The notes below the pieces were generated by a model, which had not been told where the DNA came from, made no database searches, and saw only the letters and a program-made list of their open reading frames with translations. DNA of 64,000 nucleotides, taken from Nitrosopumilus sp. (lineage in GTDB: Archaea > Thermoproteota > Nitrososphaeria > Nitrososphaerales > Nitrosopumilaceae). The DNA lies in assembly GCA_965205215.1 (NCBI GenBank), contig OZ242041.1:1504001-1568000 (forward strand). Reading direction: 5' to 3'. Made by a program: the position numbers and the translations under genes. Shown here piece after piece: positions 9,791-19,164 of the stretch (the stretch's first letter is position 1; each line of letters opens with the position of its first letter).

Positions 9791-10813
9791 ATGACGCGGC
9801 GCTTTGGCGAACCATACGGCAACGGGCAGGCAGGCGGCCCGCGCGCCCTCGTATCATCCTGCCTCGAGGACGTCTTTGCGGGCATGGGGATATCCTCCGA
9901 GTCGGCCGCCGCCCTGTTCAACGTGCCGGACTCGGAGCTCGGGGCGCTTGCCGATGCCGCAAACGAGATAACGCGCGACCTTGGCGGCAGGTCCGTGGAC
10001 GTGGAGCAGCTGGCAAACATAAAGAAGAACGCCTGCAGCGAGGACTGCTCGTTCTGCGCCCAGTCGGCCCTGTTTGACACGGGAATAGACACGTACGCGC
10101 TTCCCCCTGCCGAAGAGATCGTAGAGTCCGCGAGGCGCGCAAGGGACGAGGGGGCCGACTCGTACTGCCTGGTGGCGGCGTGGCGGCAGCCCTCAAGAAA
10201 GGACTTTGAGGACGTGTGCCGCATCATACGGCGCATAAACCTGGAGGTCGGGATACCCGTCGAGTGCAGCCTGGGATTCCTTACCGCGCAGCAGGCCCGG
10301 GAGCTGAAGGGGCTGGGCGTGCGCAGGTACAACCACAACCTGGAGACCTCCCGCTCAAAATTCCCCGAGATATGCACCACCCACACGTACCAGGACAGGC
10401 TCGACACCCTGGAGATTGCAAGGGAGGCCGGGCTGGAACTCTGCACCGGCGGGATAATCGGGATGGGGGAGACCCGGGATCAGAGGCTGGAGCTGGTCAT
10501 GGAGCTTGCGCGCATACGCCCCGAGGAGGTCACGATAAACATGCTGGTGCCCATGCCCGGCACCCCGCTTGAGCTTCAGACGAAACTGCCAGAGTCCGAG
10601 ATTGTCAGGGTGTTTGCGGTGCTGCGGTTCGTCCTGCCGGAATCCATCATAAAGATATCCGGGGGCCGCGAGGAGACGCTTGACGACGACGGAAAGAGGC
10701 TGCTGCTCGGGGGCGCCAACGGCATCATCACGGGGGGGTACCTGACCAGACCCGGCAACGACGCGGGCAGGGACAAGACGATGATCGAGGAGATCGGCCT
10801 CCGGCAGCAATGA
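9791..10813 (+). CDS. bioB: Biotin synthase
   Basis: CSEDCSFCAQS radical SAM motif, YNHNLETS, LCTGGIIGMGE, SGGRE, GANGIITGGYLT. Confidence 0.96.
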   Translation: MTRRFGEPYGNGQAGGPRALVSSCLEDVFAGMGISSESAAALFNVPDSELGALADAANEITRDLGGRSVDVEQLANIKKNACSEDCSFCAQSALFDTGIDTYALPPAEEIVESARRARDEGADSYCLVAAWRQPSRKDFEDVCRIIRRINLEVGIPVECSLGFLTAQQARELKGLGVRRYNHNLETSRSKFPEICTTHTYQDRLDTLEIAREAGLELCTGGIIGMGETRDQRLELVMELARIRPEEVTINMLVPMPGTPLELQTKLPESEIVRVFAVLRFVLPESIIKISGGREETLDDDGKRLLLGGANGIITGGYLTRPGNDAGRDKTMIEEIGLRQQ

Positions 10814-10849
10814 CCGGCCGGGGTTGACGAGGGGGACGGGCGGCGCAAA

Positions 10850-12235
10850 ATGGCATCGCACCTGTCCTCAACGCCGGCCGCGGACGGTCCGGAGCACGAA
10901 GGGGCGAAGGGGGCGGCGCGTCCGCCATCGTCACCACCGTCACCACCCCCACCACCGACAAGACGGGCCACCTCCTTTGCAGCAGAGATACTCCGGGCGG
11001 CAAGGGGGGACGGACTGTACCGCAGGCTGCGACACGGACAGACCAGCGGACAGTACATTACAATCGACGGGCACTCCCTGATCAACCTGTGCTCAAACGA
11101 CTACCTCGGGATGGGGGGACAGCAGGGAGGGGAGGCGGCATCAGGCGGCGCGCGCAGCGGCAGTGGCGGCGACGGCACCCCGGACGGCACCGGCCAAGAC
11201 GGCACCGGCCAAGACGGCACCGGACCGGGGGAGCCGGCGCAAATCCCTGCAAGCTCGCGACTGCTTTCTGGCGGCGACGCATCCCACATGATACTCGAGG
11301 AGGCGCTTGCCGAGTCAAAATCGTACGAGGCCGCGCTCGTCTACCCGACGGGGTACATGGCCAACATAGGGGCCATACAGGTACTCGGAGTGTCGGGGGA
11401 TGCAGAGAAGGGCGCCGCCGCAGGCAGCGTCATATTCAGCGACGAGCTCAACCACGCGAGCATAATAGACGGGTGCAGGCTTGCAGGCGGCTCGCGAACC
11501 GTCACGTATGCGCACAACGACGTGGCCGACCTGGAGCGCAAGATCTCCGCGCACTCCGGCGACGGACGCGGGCGCGTCGTCATAATCACGGAGGGGGTCT
11601 TCAGCATGGACGGGGATGTCGCGCCGCTGGGGCCGCTGCGGGACGTGGCAGACAGGCATGGCGCCGTCATGATGGTGGATGACGCCCACGGCGACTTTGT
11701 GCTGGGGGAGACGGGCGGCGGAACCCCTGAGCACTTGGGGATCTCCCCGCGCGACGGGCGGGGGCCCCACATCTATACGAGCAGCCTCAGCAAGGGGCTC
11801 GGCTCGTTCGGAGGATACGTGGCATCGGACAGCGACGTTGTAGACCTGTGCGTCAACCGTTCGAGGGCGTTCATATACACGTCGGCCCTCCCGTCATACT
11901 TTGCAGAGCATGCATACCGCAGGATGCTCGCGCCAGACGTGATGCGCAGTCGCAGGGCCAGGCTGGCGCGCAACGTAAAGAGACTGGCCGGGGCGCTTGA
12001 AGAGGCGGGACACCCCACCGAGTCCCGCACGCACATCATGCCGGTGATGATCGGAGACGAGCGGCGCGCCGCGGACGTTTCAGAGCGCCTGTACGGGGCC
12101 GGCGTGTACGCCCCCGCGATCAGGTACCCGACGGTACCACGCGGCGAGGCCCGGATCAGGATGTCGGCCACTGCCTGGCTTGAGGACGAGGACATAGATG
12201 CCGTGGGAGAGGCTCTGGAATCAGCTTTGGCATGA
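10850..12235 (+). CDS. bioF: 8-amino-7-oxononanoate synthase
   Basis: NLCSNDYLG, TGYMANIG, SDELNHASIIDG, EGVFSMDGD, VDDAHG, SLSKGLGSFGGY, AIRYPTVP. Confidence 0.93.
   Translation: MASHLSSTPAADGPEHEGAKGAARPPSSPPSPPPPPTRRATSFAAEILRAARGDGLYRRLRHGQTSGQYITIDGHSLINLCSNDYLGMGGQQGGEAASGGARSGSGGDGTPDGTGQDGTGQDGTGPGEPAQIPASSRLLSGGDASHMILEEALAESKSYEAALVYPTGYMANIGAIQVLGVSGDAEKGAAAGSVIFSDELNHASIIDGCRLAGGSRTVTYAHNDVADLERKISAHSGDGRGRVVIITEGVFSMDGDVAPLGPLRDVADRHGAVMMVDDAHGDFVLGETGGGTPEHLGISPRDGRGPHIYTSSLSKGLGSFGGYVASDSDVVDLCVNRSRAFIYTSALPSYFAEHAYRRMLAPDVMRSRRARLARNVKRLAGALEEAGHPTESRTHIMPVMIGDERRAADVSERLYGAGVYAPAIRYPTVPRGEARIRMSATAWLEDEDIDAVGEALESALA
11171..11225 (+). repeat. In-frame tandem repeat (15-bp unit GACGGCACCGGCCAA) inside bioF
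   Basis: gacggcaccccg gacggcaccggccaa gacggcaccggccaa gacggcaccgga, encoding DGTPDGTGQDGTGQDGTG. Confidence 0.85.
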
Positions 12236-12272
12236 CGCCGCGCGGCGCCGCATGTCGGGGGAGATGGCCGAA

Positions 12273-12377
12273 TCAGCGCATCATGTCAAACCCGCCAAGC
12301 GCAGGCGAACCCACTATCACGGCAATGGTGATTATCACGCCCAGTGCTATGCCGACTATGACAAACCTCTTGTTCAT
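12273..12377 (-). CDS. Small single-pass membrane protein (34 aa)
   Basis: Hand translation MNKRFVIVGIALGVIITIAVIVGSPALGGFDMMR*; fills the intergenic gap. Confidence 0.6.
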   Translation of the reverse strand: MNKRFVIVGIALGVIITIAVIVGSPALGGFDMMR

Positions 12378-12570
12378 GGGGCCCCGTGCGTGATCTCAGA
12401 TAAAAAGCAAATGGTCGAGGGACTGCCCCCCTCCAGCTGTCGGTGACTGTAGAAGCCCGCCGCCCCGGGCGCGTACGGCCGGCAGGGCGGACAAGGCCGC
12501 CGCCGACGGCTGACAAGAGGCGGCAGAATCTGGAACAACTCTTTAATGCATTTTTGCCGCTTTCATACAC

Positions 12571-13335
12571 ATGACGGAGCTCAACCTTGCCATAGCGGCC
12601 CTTGCGGGGATGGGATCCTTTGCGGCCCCATGCATACTCCCAATGATTCCGGCGTTTCTGGCGTACATATCGGGCACCACCATTTCGGATCTCACGCAGA
12701 GCGGTGGTGGTGGTGGTGGTGGATCCCAGTCCGGCGCCTCCAGGACTGTGTCGATAAATCGCGCCAGCATCGTGCTGAACTCCGTCTTCTTCGTTCTGGG
12801 CTTTTCCGTGGTGTTCTCCGTGCTCGGCGTGCTCATCAACAGCGTCCTGTCGCAGTATACGGGGGAGCTGGTCGAGGGGCTCAACCAGGTCGGCGGGGCC
12901 ATAATAATCTCGTTTGGCGTGTTCCTCCTGCTCTCGACTTGGATAAGGCGGATCAACGTGGAGCGCAAGTTCGTCCCAAGGGGGGCAAAGGCCGGATACC
13001 CGATGTCGTTCGTGTTCGGGCTCGCCTTTGCAGTTGGGTGGACGCCGTGCGTTGGCCCCATACTCGGCACCATACTTACGCTTGCCGCAACCACGCCGTC
13101 CGCGGCGTTCAACCTGCTACTGGTCTACTCGCTGGGGCTTGGAATCCCGTTCATACTGATCGGCGTGTTCTATTCCAGGGCCACCCGCATGATACGCGCA
13201 ATGTCAAGGCACCTAAAGTACTACAACCCCATACTCGGGGGGTTCATCATACTGCTCGGTGTCCTCGTCCTTACAAACCAGCTTGCGCAGATTGCAAACT
13301 TTCCGCTGCTCAACGAGCTACTGTTCCTAGGGTGA
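12571..13335 (+). CDS. ccdA: CcdA/DsbD-family thiol:disulfide interchange membrane protein
   Basis: SFAAPCILPMIPAFL, FAVGWTPCVGPILG, YSLGLGIPF. Confidence 0.92.
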   Translation: MTELNLAIAALAGMGSFAAPCILPMIPAFLAYISGTTISDLTQSGGGGGGGSQSGASRTVSINRASIVLNSVFFVLGFSVVFSVLGVLINSVLSQYTGELVEGLNQVGGAIIISFGVFLLLSTWIRRINVERKFVPRGAKAGYPMSFVFGLAFAVGWTPCVGPILGTILTLAATTPSAAFNLLLVYSLGLGIPFILIGVFYSRATRMIRAMSRHLKYYNPILGGFIILLGVLVLTNQLAQIANFPLLNELLFLG

Positions 13336-13339
13336 TGCA

Positions 13340-14470
13340 ATGAGACAAGAGGTAAGGACAGCAATAGTACTCGGGGGCGTCATTGCAGTGGGGCTCGCCG
13401 TTGCAAGCATCGCGTTCACGGCGCTCGACTCGGAACCGGCTCCCACGGTGGCGGCAGGCGGGGACCCAGACGCGCAGCAGTCCGCACCGGCAGTCGACAA
13501 GTCCCGCTTCAAGATGGCGCCCGACTTGGTGGGCATAGCGCACTATCTGAACACCACGCCCGAGGAGCTGGAGGCCAGGATCGGCGACAGCGTCGTACTG
13601 TACGACATATGGACGTACAGCTGCATAAACTGCCTGCGGACCCTGCCGCACATCACGGCGTGGGACGAAAAGTATGCGGACCAGGGGCTGCTGATAATAG
13701 GCGTGCACTCGCCGGAGTTCGAGTTTGAAAAGGACATCGACAACGTCAGAAGGGCAGTTGAAAAGCACGGCATCGGATATCCCGTTGTGCTCGACAACGA
13801 CTGGGAGACGTGGGACGCGTTTGAGAACAGGTACTGGCCACGCAAGTACGTGGCCGACCACGAGGGGTACGTCAGGTATGACAGGATAGGCGAGGGCGGA
13901 TACCAGGAGACGGAGCGCGTCATACAGAAACTGCTCGCCGAGCGCGCCGCGGCCCTCGGAATGCAGGCCGCCGCGGCCGAGCCGCTCGTGGACATTGACG
14001 AGTTCCAGCACACGGCATTCAGGACGCCGGAGCTGTACTTTGGGTACTATTTCGCCCAGAACCGCAACAACCTTGGCAGCAGCGAGGGGTTCAATCCGGG
14101 CCAGACTATAGAGTACGAGCGCCCGGACGGCGTGGAGCACAACAAGTTCTACATGGTCGGAACGTGGACCAACGGGCGCGACGGCATGAGTCTCCCGGAC
14201 GGGGAGGACGGGAGCGTGCTGCTGAAGTACAGCGCGAAGGAGGTCAACATTGTGACGGCCGGGGCCGGCGTGATACGGGTGCTGGTCGACGGCGCCCCGA
14301 TCAGTCCGGACATTGCGGGGCACGACGTCGATCCCGGCACGGGGCTGATCACGACTGACGAGCCGCGCCTGTACAACGTGGTAAGCACCGAGTCCAGCTC
14401 CACGCACGAGATCGAGCTGCAGATAGACAACGGGGGCGGCTTTGAGATATTCACGTTCACGTTCGGATGA
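13340..14470 (+). CDS. Redoxin-domain protein (DipZ C-terminal-like)
   Basis: WTYSCINCLRTLP, IGVHSPEFEFEK, NRYWPRKY, IGEGGY, TPELYFG, EPRLYNVV, FTFTFG; starts 4 bp after ccdA. Confidence 0.9.
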   Translation: MRQEVRTAIVLGGVIAVGLAVASIAFTALDSEPAPTVAAGGDPDAQQSAPAVDKSRFKMAPDLVGIAHYLNTTPEELEARIGDSVVLYDIWTYSCINCLRTLPHITAWDEKYADQGLLIIGVHSPEFEFEKDIDNVRRAVEKHGIGYPVVLDNDWETWDAFENRYWPRKYVADHEGYVRYDRIGEGGYQETERVIQKLLAERAAALGMQAAAAEPLVDIDEFQHTAFRTPELYFGYYFAQNRNNLGSSEGFNPGQTIEYERPDGVEHNKFYMVGTWTNGRDGMSLPDGEDGSVLLKYSAKEVNIVTAGAGVIRVLVDGAPISPDIAGHDVDPGTGLITTDEPRLYNVVSTESSSTHEIELQIDNGGGFEIFTFTFG

Positions 14471-14631
14471 CGCCGTCCGGGCCGCGTCCCGCGCCGCATG
14501 CCGGCTTCGCCGTACCCTCTCCTCCCACTCCACCCCCTCCCCCCATACCATTAACCGCGCGTACGTGTAACCACGGTTACAGTGGGCGCGGTGACAGCCA
14601 CGCTTTTAACGTACTTTGTAAAGCAGATCAA

Positions 14632-15549
14632 ATGCTAAGGGACTCCTGGGACAACGCAGGCCGCAAGAGCATCTCAAAGAGGATGTTTGACAAGGTAAAG
14701 AACGAAGAGCCGCTTACAAAGAGGATTGCCGGCGCCCAGCGCGAATTCGACATACAGATTGCAAAGCTCGACGTGGCCCGCGGCAAGATGCAAAAGATAC
14801 ACGACACGATATTCCAAAAGGTGATGCATGCGCAGCGCAGGAACCAGATACGGTACGCGAGGGCGTATGCGCAGGAACTGGGCCAGGTACGCAAGATGCT
14901 CACGATGGTCAACAGCGCAAAACTCTCCCTTGAGCAGGTAAAGATAAGGCTCGACACGGTAACCGAATTCGGCGACGTGGTGGTCACGCTAAGCCCGTGC
15001 ATGTCATTGATACGTGGGCTGGCGCCGTCCCTGAGCGGCATAATGCCGCAGGCAAGCTCCTCCATGAACGACCTCTCAGAGATGCTCGGGGATGTGATTG
15101 ACGGATCGTCCATGGGCGCGATGTGTGCCGGCGTGGAGGTGGGAGCGGGCAGCGAGGAGGCCCGCGCCATACTGGAGGAGGCACACAACGTTATGGTCGG
15201 GAATGCACAGACCGCGTTTCCGGACGTTCCGGCGGAGTTTCAGAGCGGCAAGGCAGGAGTGGCAGCAGCAGCAGCTGCCTCTGCCAGTGACATGCTGCAG
15301 TCGGTTCCGAACATAGAGATGGATGCGGCGGAAGGTCCGAACGTCTTGCCGCCGCAGCCGCAGCCGCAGCCGCCGCGGCAACAACAGGTATCTCAGATAC
15401 GGCCCCCGCCTCAACAGCAGCCTACTCAGTTCAGCATTCAGCAGCAGCAACCCGCATCACCGCCGCCGCCACCGCCGCAGCAGCGGCAACCCGCACCTCG
15501 TGCCGCCGCCGAGCAGCAGAGCAAAAAGAAAGAGATTATCCCGATGTGA
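14632..15549 (+). CDS. ESCRT-III/Snf7-family protein (CdvB paralogue)
   Basis: Coiled-coil core ARAYAQELGQVRKM...AKLSLEQVKIRLDTVTEFGDVVVTLSPCMSLIRGL, EEARAILEEA; long Q/P-rich tail. Confidence 0.88.
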   Translation: MLRDSWDNAGRKSISKRMFDKVKNEEPLTKRIAGAQREFDIQIAKLDVARGKMQKIHDTIFQKVMHAQRRNQIRYARAYAQELGQVRKMLTMVNSAKLSLEQVKIRLDTVTEFGDVVVTLSPCMSLIRGLAPSLSGIMPQASSSMNDLSEMLGDVIDGSSMGAMCAGVEVGAGSEEARAILEEAHNVMVGNAQTAFPDVPAEFQSGKAGVAAAAAASASDMLQSVPNIEMDAAEGPNVLPPQPQPQPPRQQQVSQIRPPPQQQPTQFSIQQQQPASPPPPPPQQRQPAPRAAAEQQSKKKEIIPM

Positions 15550-15609
15550 TCGCCCGGCGCATCCAAAGCCACGCGTGCAATAGGATGCAGTGGCAGATCG
15601 CAGACTGTC

Positions 15610-15948
15610 CTACTTTGCCGGCTCGCCCGCCTTCTCTACAAGCAGCTTCTTGATCCTGGATATGCTCGGATAGCTGTACCCCTTTCTCCGATACTCGGCA
15701 ATCATAGTCTTCCAGTTTGCAAGCCTCCAGCGGGCCTGCTCAGAGGACACGGAATGCACCTCCTCGCGTATCAGGCTCTTGCGGCCCACCTTTAGCTGCC
15801 CCGCGTCCTTGGCGGCCCACCTGCTGTGGGCAAACCGCAGCCCCGACAGCACGCTGTCTGCGGGCATCAGCGCCATCAGGCGCCGGATCTCGTCTACCTG
15901 GGACTCGGTCGCGTCCGGAGGCGGCCGTATGCTGTCGTCAGGCGCCAT
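15610..15948 (-). CDS. Conserved thaumarchaeal hypothetical protein
   Basis: MAPDDSIRPP...GLRFAHSRW...VGRKSLIREEVH...YRRKGYSYPSISRIKK; coding-like composition. Confidence 0.7.
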   Translation of the reverse strand: MAPDDSIRPPPDATESQVDEIRRLMALMPADSVLSGLRFAHSRWAAKDAGQLKVGRKSLIREEVHSVSSEQARWRLANWKTMIAEYRRKGYSYPSISRIKKLLVEKAGEPAK

Positions 15949-15980
15949 GACAGCGCGCCGCGCCCGCCCCATATAATGTG

Positions 15981-16100
15981 CTAGCAGGAGAGAGGAATGT
16001 TGGAGTTCTTGCACAGGGTCATGTACATTCCAAACCCGAGTATTACGGAGGCGAACACCCCGAGCGGTATGAGCAAAAAGATCTTTGTCTTGAGGCCCAT
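15981..16100 (-). CDS. Small membrane protein (39 aa)
   Basis: Hand translation MGLKTKIFLLIPLGVFASVILGFGMYMTLCKNSNIPLSC*; co-oriented with flanking genes. Confidence 0.6.
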   Translation of the reverse strand: MGLKTKIFLLIPLGVFASVILGFGMYMTLCKNSNIPLSC

Positions 16101-16132
16101 GGCATGGCGGGGCCGCCCGAGTATAAAACCCA

Positions 16133-16546
16133 TCACGTCTCGATCGAGAACACTCCGCGCGCGCCGGGATCCCGGAGCAGGCGCACCATGTCGCGCGGAA
16201 CGTCATCAGAGGCCTTGTCAAACCCCACCGCAAGCGTGCGCGGGCACACAAACCTGCTCTTCCGGACTACAATGTCTGATGCGTGCGTCAGCGTGAGGCC
16301 CTTGTGCCCCACACCCCCAGCTTCAAACCTGAGGCCCCCCACCTCTATTGCGATTCGCACCGGCCTGCCGGGATCGCGGAGCCTGCTCTTGAGCTCGTCA
16401 GGCAGATCGGCGCACGCCGACTCGGCACCGACGCCCACTATGCAGTCGCCGCGCGGCGTCAGCGCCGTCTCCCTTGTAATCTCGATCGTCTTCTTGTGAG
16501 TCGAGAGTACGTTCGGGTGGCCGCGGAAGCCCACTTCAAACCGCAT
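16133..16546 (-). CDS. DUF371 family protein
   Basis: RGHPNVLSTHKKTIEIT, LTPRGDCIVGV, IVVRKSRFVCPRTL. Confidence 0.9.
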   Translation of the reverse strand: MRFEVGFRGHPNVLSTHKKTIEITRETALTPRGDCIVGVGAESACADLPDELKSRLRDPGRPVRIAIEVGGLRFEAGGVGHKGLTLTHASDIVVRKSRFVCPRTLAVGFDKASDDVPRDMVRLLRDPGARGVFSIET

Positions 16547-16826
16547 AAACGGACGCGGCCAGTGTGTGGAATTAAACCTTGATGGGGAGGGGGAGGGGAG
16601 GGGGAGTGGAGGGAACAAGGAAAGGAAGGACTCGCGGCATCCCGACTCCTGCAATCTTTTTTTAGGCCGCGAACCCGTCACGCACACATGGACTGTGCCG
16701 GCTGGGACGCTCGCGGCATGAGGCCCGCAGAAGGCCCCGACAGGCCAGCGGCGCGCAACTGCAGGATGCGGACGGGGGAGGACCGGCGTGGGTGATGCAG
16801 CGGCCGACGCGCCGGAGGACAGCAGA

Positions 16827-17006
16827 ATGGACCATGCGCGTCAAGGGGGGCAGTGGATCTGTTCCTTGTGCGGCCAGCGCCTCCCCGCGGACTTTGTGCA
16901 GGATGCCAGAAAGCGCCGCCACGAGGAGAGGCACACGAGATACGGGCACAACAACATAACTGCCAAGCCGTCCCAGATGAGCTGGCGGCTTGCTCGCGAG
17001 GAATAG
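16827..17006 (+). CDS. Small putative zinc-finger protein
   Basis: WICSLCG...RRHEERH (CxxC...HxxxH). Confidence 0.45.
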   Translation: MDHARQGGQWICSLCGQRLPADFVQDARKRRHEERHTRYGHNNITAKPSQMSWRLAREE

Positions 17007-17238
17007 CAGCAGCCGCCGGCAGGTAGTGCCGGCGGAGGGCGGGTGGGCGCCGAATACGCCGGACGGTATGAGCGGTGGAGGAGAAGCAGAGTGGGAGGGG
17101 GAGACAAGGTCCAGACCCTCAATCGCGTATGGACACCTGCCCCATGCAGTAACGACAGCCGCGCGACGCGCCGCCGCAGGCGGTTCCCGCCGTGCCAAAG
17201 CTATGGCTTAAATTGACGAGATCCCCCAGTCCGCGTGT

Positions 17239-17988
17239 ATGCTTCCGGCACAGCAGGGTTATGACAGGGCCATAACGATATTCTCCCCAGACGGCCGCCT
17301 GTACCAGGTCGAATACGCCATCGAGACCGTACGGCGCGGAACCGTTGCGCTTGGGATCAAATGCAAGGACGGAATCGTCATTGCAGTGGAGGAGAGGACA
17401 AAGAAACTCCAGATATCGCCGTCCGCCCAAAAGATATTCCAAGTTGACGACCATGTGGGGATCGCGGCGGCGGGATACATACCGGATGCGAGAAGCCAGG
17501 TGGACAACGCCCGCTTCTTCTCCCAGAGTAACCGCATCATATACGACGAGCCCGTGATGGTCGAGACCATTGCAAAGCACCTTGCAGACCAGTCCCAGCA
17601 GTACACGCAGTACGGGGGCGTGCGGCCGTTCGGGGTCGCGCTCATACTGGGCGGCGTCGTCAATTCGACCCCGCAGCTCTTCCTTACCGACCCGAGCGGC
17701 ACGTACATCGCGTACGACGCGGTCGCGATAGGCTCGGGCTCCGACAAGGTGACGGAGTTTCTGGAAAAGAACTACTCGTACGACCTGACCATGGAAGAGG
17801 CGTCAGTGTTGGCCGCAGGTGGCATCTACACCGCAAGCGAGGACAAGGAGGGCACTGATCACATACGCATGGCCCGCATAAGCACGTCGGCGGCCACCTT
17901 TGAGAACGTCGCGGCAGAGTCGGTCTTGGAGTACGCCGCGGCCGCAAAGTCAAAGTACCAGCCACCCGAGAGCGGTGGCGGCGAGTAA
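17239..17988 (+). CDS. psmA: Proteasome alpha subunit
   Basis: YDRAITIFSPDGRLYQVEYA, GGVRPFGVALI, TDPSG. Confidence 0.97.
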   Translation: MLPAQQGYDRAITIFSPDGRLYQVEYAIETVRRGTVALGIKCKDGIVIAVEERTKKLQISPSAQKIFQVDDHVGIAAAGYIPDARSQVDNARFFSQSNRIIYDEPVMVETIAKHLADQSQQYTQYGGVRPFGVALILGGVVNSTPQLFLTDPSGTYIAYDAVAIGSGSDKVTEFLEKNYSYDLTMEEASVLAAGGIYTASEDKEGTDHIRMARISTSAATFENVAAESVLEYAAAAKSKYQPPESGGGE

Positions 17989-17994
17989 TCACGC

Positions 17995-18903
17995 TTGAAC
18001 ATATCCGTCGCGATTCCAGAGACGTCCCTTTCCGACGAGTCCCAAAAGTCCGCAAAGACCCGCAAGGCGTCGGTGATTGCAAGGGCGTGCGCGATATTCG
18101 GGGTTGAGACCATCTACGTGTATGGCGAGGGGGGCGGCAAGGGCGCCAAAAGTACCAGAAACAGCGGCGGCAAGTCAGACGCGGACCTTCTCATCACGTC
18201 CCTGAGGTACTTGGAGACGCCGCAGTTCCTCCGACGACACCTGTTTGCCCGCACAGACGATCTAAAGTTTGCAGGCGTGATGCTCCCACTGCGCATACCC
18301 AGCCATGCCACTTCCAGAAGGCTCGAGGCGGGACAGGTGCGCGAAGGTGTCATAGTCCCCTCGGGGGGACGGAAGGGGAGAAGGGAGGGCGGCGGGCACG
18401 GCGGCGGGAAATTCATAGATGTGGGGGCAAGCAGGCCCCTCAGGTACACGGGCAGGGCCCCTCCGGGAAGACGCGTGACTGTCCGCATAAAGAGCGCGGG
18501 GCCGGACGCCTCGTATGCTGAGATCGACAGGGAGCAGGCGGACTCGTACTGGGGCTACTCGGTAAGGGGCCGCGCATCCCTCCAGTCACTGCTTGCGGAG
18601 TGGAAGGGGCAGATCATAATAACGTCAAGAAAGGGCAGGCCCGTGCGGGGGGCTCCCGCTGGCGGTGGAAGGAAAGGCGGCGGTGCAAGCACGCCCCCAT
18701 CGTCCATACTAAGGGATCGCTCCGACCTGCTGGTCGTGTTCGGCTCGCCTGAGCGCGGGGTCCACGAGATACTCGGGGGAGGTGCAGGGGCCATGAGCAG
18801 CGCCCGCATACTGGACTTTTTTCCGGGGCAGCAGACTGCCACCGTAAGGCTGGAGGAGGCCATCATGGGTGCGCTTGCAATAATAAACGTAGAAGCAGCA
18901 TAG
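17995..18903 (+). CDS. SPOUT-class RNA methyltransferase (DUF171/MTH1-like)
   Basis: ISVAIP, IARACAIFGV, YLETPQFLR, YWGYSV, ITSRKG, VFGSPERGV, QTATVRLEEAI. Confidence 0.88.
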   Translation: MNISVAIPETSLSDESQKSAKTRKASVIARACAIFGVETIYVYGEGGGKGAKSTRNSGGKSDADLLITSLRYLETPQFLRRHLFARTDDLKFAGVMLPLRIPSHATSRRLEAGQVREGVIVPSGGRKGRREGGGHGGGKFIDVGASRPLRYTGRAPPGRRVTVRIKSAGPDASYAEIDREQADSYWGYSVRGRASLQSLLAEWKGQIIITSRKGRPVRGAPAGGGRKGGGASTPPSSILRDRSDLLVVFGSPERGVHEILGGGAGAMSSARILDFFPGQQTATVRLEEAIMGALAIINVEAA

Positions 18904-19027
18904 TCGCCCTCAAGATAGGCTGTCAGAAGGCGCTCCTTCTGGCCGCCACCGGCACTTTTCAGTCGTCCCTCCCCCTGCCGCGGCCGGGACGATAGCGATA
19001 ATAGGCCGCCGTAGGAGCCAGAAGCGG

Positions 19028-19138
19028 ATGGCCGAGCGAAAAAGCTTCCTTCTGGTGGCGATGGCAGTCGGCGCCGCGGGGATTGCCGCTGGCGCGTACG
19101 TCATGTGGGAGATGCTCGTGCGCGTGACCGGCCCCTGA
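19028..19138 (+). CDS. Small membrane protein (36 aa)
   Basis: Hand translation MAERKSFLLVAMAVGAAGIAAGAYVMWEMLVRVTGP*. Confidence 0.5.
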   Translation: MAERKSFLLVAMAVGAAGIAAGAYVMWEMLVRVTGP

Positions 19139-19164
19139 GCCCCCGCGCGGGCCCGCACCGGCCC

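Noticed and set aside
12571-14470. CcdA plus redoxin as evidence of cytochrome c maturation
   Set aside because: This pair matches a split DipZ-type thiol-reduction module; no heme-handling genes are nearby
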